DNA of 64,000 nucleotides from Octopus vulgaris (lineage: Eukaryota): positions 85,684,001 to 85,748,000 of the forward strand of contig OX597815.1 of the NCBI GenBank assembly GCA_951406725.2, in the 5' to 3' direction. How positions within the stretch are numbered: the first letter of the stretch is position 1; every line of letters starts with the position of its first letter. Below the pieces are notes generated by a model. That model had not been told where the DNA came from. It saw only the letters and a program-made list of their open reading frames with translations, and did no database searches. The translations under genes and the position numbers were made by a program. This document shows positions 53,420 to 64,000 of this stretch, in pieces.

Positions 53420-56400
53420 AATAAATATTATTCTTAATCGCTACTTGGATCTAAAATATATACCTCATATGTAAAAGATATAGCTTAGACCATAAATAGA
53501 GTTGTAAATGAGTCAAGAAACACTTCATTATAAACAAGGCATTTGATCTTGCATGGCATAGCAATGAAGCTAGATTCTCATATTCTTGCCATTGGCGTTG
53601 TTTATGAGTAACTACTTTGCGCTTGAAATCCTGAAATCCTTAAATACAATTCAACCTCTTGTGTAGTCTGCTCATGCGACTTGTTGATAGTGAACTTTAA
53701 CTAGAAATTTCCAACGTTGGCATGAATATAGCAATCACTTTTCAGTAGATATCAATTCAATTCTGAAGATTACTACAGGTTTACTATAACGATCACTTTC
53801 TGTGATGATTATACAATGCATTGGTGACCCACATAATTGATTTATATGCATACGTGTACCATTGCATAGATTATTTTGTTCAGTTAGAGCTCTCAAATCT
53901 ATGACAATGCACCCATTTAAAAACATTTTCAAAGCGGGATCTATGAAATGACAGCCATTCGATAGCAGGGTAGGAGGAAACAAAGAAGCCTTGTAATTAT
54001 CACCGGTTGCCAAACTGCCCTGATTATGATACAATGTTCCTCTCCATGCGTTGCATCAGTAATGAGGATATAGATTTATCAAAACCTTTGCATTGAGTTG
54101 TAAGTATTATTAACAATCTTCTGACCTGTGAATCAATTCAATATCCAAGCACATTGTAGGAGCTGCTCAAAAATGACTCATTTATCTGATAATATGTTTT
54201 TATCCGTGTCAGTGTCTTCCTTCACATATGGTTAAGCGAAATTTGGACCATAATGCATTGCCAAGGTATCGGCTCTAAAGTTGTACCAAATGTCTCCCTA
54301 AAGAACTTTGCTTCACCATAACTGCAACTCTCAATGCACGAGTTGATTTTTTTACACTCGAAGAATCTGCCGGGAGCCTCTACAAAGCACACAACTTCAT
54401 CAGCAACTGGTATATGCTTCTGTATTATGTTTTGAAGTGAACTATGGATACCATTTGAGCTATTAATACTTTATTACTACACGTGCTAAGTTAAACAGAT
54501 GGAGTGAGCTGATGTGCTATAGAAATTTGTTATATTTATTTAATTTTGAATGAACTATTGCTGCACTCTTTGGATTGGATCATCAATATCTGTAATTTCA
54601 TATGCGAAACGCTTGCACACAGGTTTCCATGACTGGTTCCCGTTTGCCTAGACTCCAGATGCTTAGTAATTTCTGGCCATGCAGGGTTGTATATAACTGC
54701 AATAAAGAAATTTGATTTCCCAAAATGTTTTACAATTACCTCGGCATTCTGTAAAATATTTTAGATATAATGTGCACCCCCTGTAAATAAGTGCAGGAAT
54801 AGTCTTAATGAGATCGCCATTCTAGTAGAACCATCTACTCATTAGTCCAATAAAATCATTTAATTCTGATACCATCTCTTTATGATTAGTACTAAAAAAT
54901 TCAGTGTAATTCTTTAAAGTTTGCATATATGCCCACTGCATATTTTTGTATTATCTTTCAGAATGTCGTAGCACAGCAAAATAATTTTTTCAAACCGTTA
55001 GCCAGTAATAGCTGACATAATTTTGAGTTTCAGGTTTTCTAAGACGCCATCCACACCCACTATCCAAATGCAAAAGTACAAAGTGCAGTGGATCATATAG
55101 CTTGAGCAACTAGTTGATAACTATCACCTCCTACTACTTGTTTATATGAAAACATATGACGCACAAGAGTTATCCTTTCTTGCTCCACGAAATATAGCAC
55201 CTCCGAAGTTGTCGGACATACATAGCTCTCTTCACTTACAGATGTACTGATTTTCACATGAAAATGTATTTTTGATATAAGTTTCAACTATACTCCGAAT
55301 GGATGGTACTCCTGGATTAAATCTTGGAACATTTTCATGGTTTCATTCCGAATTTTGTAGGTTACATGAGTATCGTCCATTCATCTTTATTTCTGGAACG
55401 TCAATGTACATTTGGGCATAAGCAGGGTCTGTACAAGGATCTTGTAAAATATCCATTGTAAGTAACCCTGTTTTGTATCTGGTATGTATATATTCCACCT
55501 ACATTAATTAAACTTTTATTACATAGTGCTCTTAATGATATGAATGTTATTGCGCAGTTTCACGCACGTATATTTTTTTTTGAAATTCTGCCATCTTCAT
55601 ATTGCCTGTGAATAAAACCATCAATTGCTACTGGGGGCAATTTTACTTCCCCTTCTCAATAGAATAGCACAAACAAAGGATTCTGTGATGGAGGCTTTGA
55701 CTTAGGCCATATTTGCCTATGGTAATTACCGCAAATGGCATTCATAAGTTTCACATAGCGTTGTTGAACATTTTTATTCGGCTTATATGGAAGGAATTTG
55801 AAATGAGAGCTTCTGTAAACAAATAGTAGTGATAGGATCTTCATGTCGGCATACCTTACACTAACTCTTATAGTGCGTTACACCCGTCGATGCACAAATT
55901 ACATATTTCCACGTTGACCTGCCTGTCGCCAAGCCCTCACATTATTTCTCTCAAAATCTTGCTCCATGTTTTCGTATTCTTGCTCTTTTTGCTTTGTTTC
56001 TTGATGCTGTATTTGTCTGTCTCGGCGATTTTCTCGATTTTCTTTTGTTGCGAAACTTCAACGAGAAATTCAAGCATTGTTTCATGCTTTGAAGTACAAT
56101 AGTACTATAATTAGAAAAAAGAGAAGCTATCGAAGTACATAACAGCAAGAAGAATAAGGATAGAAAGTATACGATTAAAAGTAACGTACTTATACTTACG
56201 AGAGGAAAATTATCAACACATAGAAGATAAAAAAAAATAAAAAGGAAAATGGACACGTTAAAGCAACTCCCCATCTCCATGTTGCAAATCAAAAATAAAA
56301 ATCCTAAAAGAACTAAAAAAACAAAAATCCAAAATTATCAACTGCTGGAATTAAAAGTGTTGGAAAACCGAGACTAGATTGTTTTACTTTTTAAAAGGAA

Positions 56401-56500
56401 AACGTCGTTAAAAACATAAAAATTGCGTGCATTCATAGATTTATATGACCAACCTACTTACATATACCTATGTGCCCAAGATTATCAACACGGGGAGTGA
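53420..56500 (-). mobile_element. Degenerate Helitron (Rep/PIF1 helicase pseudogene)
   Basis: PAYAQMYID; FTGGAHYI...IVKHFGKSNFFIAVIYNPAWPEI (Rep N-terminal motif); LRALTEQNNLCNGTRM and FTINKSHEQT (PIF1 helicase motifs). Many stops and deletions; ends approximate. Confidence 0.8.
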
Positions 56501-56645
56501 GCAACGAGAATAACCTTGTAAATATGCATAACTAACCAACTAAATAAAACGAAAATGGATGTAGAATTACATCGGGTAAATTATTTCTTTAAACTACATA
56601 ACAGTCTGTGTTTTAGATTAGTCAACTCTGATATAGGTCCAATGA

Positions 56646-56950
56646 AGGCGCGTGGCTTAGTGGTTAAGGTACTTGACTCACAATTGTAAGGTCATGAGTT
56701 CGATTCCTGTCTGTGCCTTGCATCTTTGAGCAAGACACTTATTTCACATTTCTCCAATCCAAGTTGTGTCAGTAATTCAGAAGACCTACTTTGTCACATT
56801 CTGTGTCACACTGAATCTCCCCGAGAACCACGCTAAGGTTAAGTGTCTGTGGAATGCTTAACCACTTGCGCGATAATTTCACGAGCAGGCTGTTCCGTTG
56901 ATCGGATCAACCGACACACTCGTCGTCGCAACCGACGGAGTGCCAGTTAG
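56646..56950 (+). mobile_element. tRNA-derived CORE/Meta-type SINE
   Basis: GGCGCGTGGCTTAGTGGTTAAGG...GAGTTCGATTCC...TTGAGCAAGACACTT. Confidence 0.75.
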
Positions 56951-57354
56951 TTATTGGTCCATTACTGTGATGTTTAGCGGAGGAATGCATTATGTGTCCA
57001 GTTGCCATTACTAAATTAAAGAGAACATATTTCATTTTAATTACTTAAAAGCTCGCACTTTCAATAATCCTTGAAAGTGAGTAAGTTTTGTATGTCTTTA
57101 CCTCTGTGTTGATGTACGTGTATATTTTAAGCTATTAGGTGTAGTGGTTTGTAGGTATTTCATTTTGTTTCCTAGATGTTTAAGTTTTGTATCTATAGAC
57201 AACGTAGAAAGTTTCACCATCGCTACACATGCACATATATATTTGAGTGTGTCTTGGTGTGAATGCGTGCGTATGTGTATGTGTGTTTAACAGGAACTTA
57301 TAAACTTATAAATAGAATTTGCAACCGTGTATTAAATAAAGTATCCATACGTAC

Positions 57355-58235
57355 ATATGGTGATTGCTCCATCTTCACAGATGATTGTATCCCTCGGAGC
57401 GTCCTTGTTGTCAATGACATTTCTGAGTTTTCGTCCATGACCTCTCAGATGACTATTCATTCCCGTTACAGACCTGTATGGTTTGAAGCTTATGTGGTAG
57501 ACAAAAGTTATATATGTGGTAGACAAAAGTTATAACTCCGCTGGATTGATCGCATCACTTAGTGAGATATAATCTGTGGATAACCATATTTCTCTTTAGA
57601 CCCCTAATCGAGTTGTAAGCCATTTCACACACTATGCACATCAAATCTCCTGATCTAGGAGGAAGAAAGCTGCATACAATCGATCTTTCATTGGATTTCA
57701 AATGTTTGGCATACTCAACTTTTGAATGGAGTACACGGCTACACATTTTACACCTCCAGTGCTTTGTTATCATTAAAGCTCTGATGCTTTAGGCTTTCGT
57801 GTTGCAGGAGATTCAATGCAAATGTTTTATAACCTTGCCTTATACGTTTCTCGCACTCAGCTCTTTCCAAAACAAGTCTTCCCAGTTCATTATATCGATT
57901 TGGAGATCTTTCAGGTTGGCTTTATTTACCTTTTTTCCTGGTTTGTGCTGCGGAGGCTTTCCTGTGCACAGCTCACGTAGAACAGCTACTTTGGAATCTT
58001 GTCTTCCATATGCACAACATAGCCTGCCCAATACATCTGATTAGATATAATGAATGGTTGGATGATGTTTTCTCATCTTACCTTGGCAAGGACCTCTGTA
58101 TCAGGTGCTTTATTTTGCCACTTGGAATTGAGTATTTGTCTCCAACACAAGGCGCTCAAACAGCTTGAAACTGTTTTGTCCACATGCAAGCAAGGATTTT
58201 CTGGTGTCAGTAAAGAAGTTCTGTTGGTTCACTGT
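57355..58235 (-). mobile_element. RTE-like LINE 3' fragment with C-terminal C2H2-like zinc fingers
   Basis: WQNKAPDTEVLAK, LRELCTGKP...KANLKDLQIDIMNWEDL, CKMCSRVLHSKVEYAKHLKS, CIVCEMAYNSIRGLKRNMVIH, GMNSHLRGH. Confidence 0.75.
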
Positions 58236-58239
58236 TCTC

Positions 58240-58690
58240 TTTAGTTAAGTTGTGATTCATCAGACCATACAATTATCCTCGCAAACTATTCATCCTCGCC
58301 TACCATGTGTTGAAACCACTCACAAAAATTATTCGATTATGGTCGTCATCGTTAATTGCATGCCATAATCGTGGGATGTAAACTTTTCACTTAGGTCTTT
58401 TAATAATGTGCCGTATGCTTATACTGATTATTTTTTGCTTGCGTAGACTTCTGTGGCGTGTGTGTGAAATGTTCTAACACCATAGCCGAGAAAGCAGTAC
58501 TTGTTACTGTACGAGGTCTGCCAGATTTTCCATTCTGCACATCACACACTGTACCATGTGTTTCTAACTTATCACGAATCTGCGAAATTGTCAGAAGTGT
58601 TGGTGGTTCTATTCTGACCTTGAACAACATTCTCAAAATTGAAATAAATACCACTTTAAAATGGTCCTACGTTCCTTAAATGACAACCGC
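58240..58690 (-). mobile_element. Tc1/mariner-superfamily transposase N-terminal remnant
   Basis: PPTLLTISQIRDKLETHGTVCDVQNGKSGRPRTVTS; HAINDDDHNR; FCEWF; IVWSDE. Confidence 0.8.
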
Positions 58691-60635
58691 ACCTCTGCCT
58701 TTTTGTCACGGTTGCTCTCAGAAGTCATAAGAAAGTTTCCATCTTTTATTTTAAATCTAAAATTAATACCCGTTGACTATTTCGTACGCCAACAACATCC
58801 TAGCTGTTTCGTTATTTTTAAACAGAAAGATTTTTGGAAAATTTTGCATTAAAATCTTTAAAGAATAAAAACTTAAAGCTAACCACGTTGAAAATGCCCC
58901 CCCCCGCAAGACAAACAAAAATTAAAGGTAGCTTCTATTAATCCCGTGATGTTTGAATAAATTTAGTATTGACATATTTATACAGATTTTACTTTCCCTG
59001 AAGCGTGTACGTGTTTGTGTGTACGAGTGTTTGCGTTTGTGTGTGTATGGTTATATGTTTGTGTTGTTATTTCACTACTTTGTGTTTCACTACTTTGAAG
59101 CACTACTTATGTATGGAGTATTGAACAATTATAAGGGTGCACGAGAACTTAATTGTGACAACACTGATGAAGTACAATTACATTATATTGATTCCAATTA
59201 ATATTTTACTAATACTAAGTGAAATATTATGAAGCAAAGTAGCATATGAAATATTCACCAGATTCTGGTAGTCAGGAATAGTTTGTTAAAATTCATAGAA
59301 AACTATTTTATAAGTTAGAGCGTTTGGGGACATGATATTTTCGTGTTATCTATATTTTTTTAGAAATATATATGAAACAAAAAAAAAACACTACCATCGC
59401 AACTGAATGTTACATGCTGTTGTTAAGATTACTTTTAGCGACAAAGAAATAAAAGGAGAAAAGGATAGAGGAAAGAGAGAGCGAAACAAAGAAGCAGGTA
59501 GAGGAGGAAGAATAAAATATAGTACCTTTTCGGAAGTTCATTTTATGAAAAAAATGTCTAAATACTTAATTATATCCTGCCGAGTCGAACATTTTCTTCC
59601 ATCCTTCGGAAAGAAGGAGGAGGTCGATAATATTAATTATCAGTCATGTAATGTGGTGATTAAAACAACAACAAGAAGATCCTCGCTCAAAATGTGCAGC
59701 TGTGTCATTCTAACATTTACTGTGGTGAATTTATCCCACTCTATAGTACCTATTGATAGGTGGGTGGAAAATGTGTGGGGAAAATGCTGGAATGATCATG
59801 TTTGTTTTGTGTCGTAGCATTCATCCATCATTTGGTTTAAAACCTCTATGTTTTGTGCTTTCCGCAGAGTTAACTCTGTGATTGATATTTTGGCAAGGTG
59901 TCCCATGAGGCAATAGTTTCCTTCCTCACTCTAGTCTTGGAAGCTCTTCAAACGTTCATGAACATTGATCTTCTTCCTCTAAGTCATGTATGTATGTATG
60001 TATGTATGTATGTATGTATGTATGTACTTATGTATGTATGTATGAATGTATGTATGTATGAATGTGTGTATGTATGTATGCATGCATGCATGCATGCATG
60101 TACGTACGTATGTATGCCCCTCTTACTTTCTCTCTATCTATCTATCATTCTGTTTGTATGTCCGTCTGACCGTTCGTCTGTCTGTCTGTCTGGCAGTGTA
60201 ACGTCCTCGTTATGGTAACATAAACATGACAAGCGTTCGCGAATGTCTAATGTATGCAATAAATTTCATTAATTTATAAATGCAATGACAGCTAAAATCT
60301 ACGGATTTACTATGCATTAAGTTTGAGAATGTAAACACCGTTAGCACATCGGTAATTTACTAAATAGAACTAATGACTGAAAATGTGTTAAATATTCAAA
60401 TCATGCTTCCTGATTTACTTATAAGCTGAATAACAGTAGCTTTAAATACAATTTCACAGTGGTCGCATTAACGCTTAAGTTAAGACCGTCTCGTTTAATT
60501 TATAAATGAAGTGGAGACTAAAATCTAGCGATTTGCTACACATGCCAGCAGACACACATACACCACACTTATATAAATGTATGTGTGTCAATATGTGTGT
60601 ACGTGTTTATGTACACACATTCACATATATATATA

Positions 60636-61801
60636 TCATGCTGGAAAGGAAGTTTTCTTTTGCATTTTAAAATGAGATAGAAATAAATGCTTCTTTAGTC
60701 TTAATTGGTCTATTTAATCAAGATAATATTTCCCCTCATTGTTGCTGACATAAGCTACTTAGCAAACTGTTCACCTCACGGCAGTAAACTTTAGATTTCG
60801 AAGCAAAGAAACACTCAGTGTAATTTTTATCATCTACACAATCAACTGTTTCCTCACAAAAGATGTTCCAATGATCTGAAAAATGACAGCAAGCGGAAGG
60901 AGCAAGAAGAGGCATAGCGTATATATTTCGTGTCATAAGCTTTTCTTGAGTGACTTGAGCAGTATATGGTTTTGCATTATCGTGTAAGACGAACACATTT
61001 ACGATTGACCAATGATGGGCGCTTTTTCAGCAAATGTTTCTGAAATGCTTCTAGTTGACCACACTACTTCTCCGCGTTTGGGCTTAACACTACACAACAG
61101 ATGACACCATTCATATACCACCAAAAATAAATTATAGCTTTTTCTGTTTAGCCCTAGCCTGGGGATGAATTCTCCTTTTTCACTGGGTACAAACCATTGT
61201 CATTTTCGTTGAATATGATTACAAAGAATTCACTTTTCATCACTTGCGATGATTCTACTCAGGAAACTTTCGGTAGCAAGTCCACTCTTGATTAAGCTGA
61301 GAAGCAGTCAGATGATGAGGGAGTCACTGATCAAATTTAGGCACTTTTGCTATTTCGTAAAGTTGTTTTATGATCGAATTTTGAATTGAATTGAGTTGCT
61401 TTTCTAATTCTCGAGCAGTTGGGTTTGGATTATTCTCTGTTATGGTTTTCGAACGTTTAACGTTGACATAACTTAGACGGTCATATTAAAGAGGAATCTG
61501 TGAGAGAAACATTTTTCGAGCAAAACTAGCCAAATCATTGATGGCAGGTTCGATCACTTAAAGTTCTATTTCCTTAGGCAGAACGAATATTTCTGGCTGG
61601 CTGCTTCTATTGTTGAAGAATCCTCTTTGAGTTCATACACCGTGCAATATCCGATCGGAAATCATTTAAAGTATTCTGTAAAGAAAGAAAAAAAACCAAA
61701 ACAACTTTGAGATGTAAAAACTGATGTTTATTTTACCTTACCGTAAGGAAAATGTCCCCTCAAATTGATCACACCAAAAATGCAGCAAGACTTTCTTTCT
61801 A

Positions 61802-61806
<5 letters not shown>
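60636..61806 (-). mobile_element. Degenerate near-full-length mariner
   Basis: Imperfect TIRs (GGAAAGGAAGTTTTCTTTGCATTTT / AAAATGCAGCAAGACTTTCTTTC); VLHDNAKPYTAQVTQEKL and LAPS motifs; ~1.2 kb length. Confidence 0.8.
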
Positions 61807-61838
<32 letters not shown>

Positions 61839-61919
61839 ATATATATATATATATATTTGTGTGTGTGTGTACAGTGAACGAGAAAAGAGAGAGGGAGAGA
61901 GAGCGTGTGTGTCATGGTT

Positions 61920-62060
61920 AAGTGGAGGAGTTGAGTTAGTAAAGTCGTTAGAGCGCTGGATACATTGTCTTGTGGTATTTGTTTCGACTCTCTTGGTTCA
62001 AATCTCACTGAGGTTAAATTTTGCCTTTCCTTCTTTCGGGGTCAGTAAAAAATATCAATC
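61920..62060 (+). mobile_element. Degenerate Deu/Nin-like SINE
   Basis: GGTTCAAATC...TTTGCCTTTCCTTCTTTCGGGGTC. Other decayed copies near 13270-13340, 13410-13510, 20560-20670, 43470-43560 and 46050-46180. Confidence 0.6.
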
Positions 62061-64000
62061 TAGGACGACGATTTAGCCGAAAAATGCCGGACATGTTGCT
62101 GAGCTGCATGCGACAGCAACGCCCGCGACGACACTGGTGCATGACTGAGTGAGTGCCTGAGTGACGGTCTTGCCCCCAGAGAACATCGGTGGTGTAAAGA
62201 ATGCAGAGCATGGGTCTCTGTCAGACTTCTACAAAGTCTTTGCCTGGGTGCATTTAATTTCGATTGAGTTAACGTAAACCAAGAATGTTCAATAGCATTA
62301 GTGAGAGACTATCAACTAACCAGGATTCAGCTAGAGAGAATTTATGTTGGAAATGCCTGGCTATTCTTGATTAATACAAGGGATTAAGCAGTAACATCTA
62401 GCTATTAGAGAAGCTTCAGTGCTAGAATCAATTAATCACTCAATCAATAGTTAATTATTTCACGCATGTGTAAGGAATATCATTAATTAATTGACATTGC
62501 TTAATAATAGTTATCCATCAATTGATGGATGGAAACAATGAGTTTCAAGTCTGAATGAAATGAGAGTCCTGGTATTTATAATATCGTTTACCTGATCATT
62601 AACGAATGAAAGTCAAGTGAAAAATTTCCAATTAAAATTTCAAAATAGGTTACGATCTTAGCTCGATAGGGTGTATATAGCAGTTCAAGCCTAGTTGATG
62701 GACAATTATCGTTAAATACGCTAGCATAAGAGACTAAAAAGAAAGCAAAATAAGAAATACTTCGAATTTGTACAGGATTATTAAAGGGATTAATTTAGTT
62801 AATCTTGCAAATACTTTTTGCAAATGAAAGACAATCAATTTAAAGACACCGGCACTAAGACAAAAAGACCAAAAACAAAACAATAATGACAAATGTCTGG
62901 TTATTGTTTCATTACTTTCACATAGTACAAGATAAAATGTATTTATAACTTCAAAGAAGAACGACTTAAATAGACAACAAATAGAGGTTCTGAAAACTTA
63001 AAAATAACAGTTAGGTTAGACTGGAATAGAGATCCATAGCAGAAAAAATACCGTGTTAAAGCTACTTAATGGTGATATATGTGGCACTGGAGTCGTCGAA
63101 AACTATATATTTTTGTCTCCTTATGATGTCGGATATCACAAACGATTTGCTAAATTGTGCCAAAATTTAACACGAAATTTCTTCGCACTTAAGCTGTTAG
63201 CATCGGGCGAAGGGATAGTTAATGTCTGTTGCTTTGGTTTAACGCCAGGCTAACACTGATTATTAAAAGAGATTAAATTAATCTATCACTTTCTCTAATT
63301 TTTAGAAATGAAAGACAATCAATTTAGAAACATCAAAAATAACAAAAGAGTAAAGACAGAAACAAATAAAAACAAAAAAACAGCAATAACATTTGTCTGG
63401 CTACTGTTTACTTACTTTCACTTTTAATGCAAGCAGTAAAACTATTTACAGCATCCGGGTTGTAAATAGTTGTAAATTGCAATGTCCCAGTCATGATAGA
63501 CCAATCTTATTTAAGACAATATATCCAGCCTCACGTTATCGAAACTGTCCTACGTTACTATTTGTAAATGATAATGTGTGATTTGAGGAATATTTGGTTG
63601 CTATTTCTAGCAAATCGAGTGATATCGCTGGTTCGAAAGAACAAGTTATTTTTGTTGCTAGTGTAAGTTAGTTTGATTATCCATTAAAATTTTTAGCCAT
63701 AATATATCTAGAACTATACTATATAGTTTACGGTGGTAAAATGTTATTTGAGTGTGGTTTGAATGTTATTCGTAACAGGTCGATTGGTCTTTCAGCGGCC
63801 TTCATGTGCAAGTAACGGACACTTTAAAATAAAGATATTTTTCTTTGGTTACTATACGTTAAAATGAAAGCTTCTCATCCCAGTAGTTGAAGCCTATGCA
63901 GGAAAGTAGAGTTATTGTAACTGCAGAAGTTACAATAGACGAGCAAGGTAACCTCTATTTGTTGCATAATCTGCTAGGAATAGTAGCCAAATATCCTGAA

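Noticed and set aside
56646-56720. tRNA gene
   Set aside because: A/B boxes are present but there is no closed cloverleaf, and it continues into a SINE body; the same applies to the other SINE heads.
57355-57475. Minus-strand host exon with AG/GT boundaries
   Set aside because: The peptide is the terminal zinc-finger tail of the adjacent RTE-like LINE.

Overview
AT-rich, microsatellite-dense eukaryotic DNA, most likely a cephalopod (Octopus-like), inferred from the SINE families and repeat content. There is no long intact host CDS, and most ORF-track entries are microsatellite artefacts. The window is dominated by decayed transposons: LINEs (Tx1/L1-like, RTE, CR1/L2-like, R4/Dong, HERO-like, and an open ORF1-like frame running off the left edge), mariner/Tc1 relics, Helitrons and several tRNA-derived SINEs. 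The most striking signal is a set of type I hammerhead-ribozyme folds in at least three different repeat families flanked by (TA)n or (TAA)n. The clearest is a very young ~493-bp tandem-plus-inverted array at 7793-9219 with three identical hammerheads, an architecture typical of Penelope pseudo-LTRs or retrozymes. Also seen: a two-unit (14/20-bp) minisatellite capped by a 30-bp hairpin next to a HERO-like LINE, and a tentative set of four small minus-strand exons (49.3-51.1 kb) that could be the 3' end of a host gene. All family calls come from motif recognition by eye; no database search was run.
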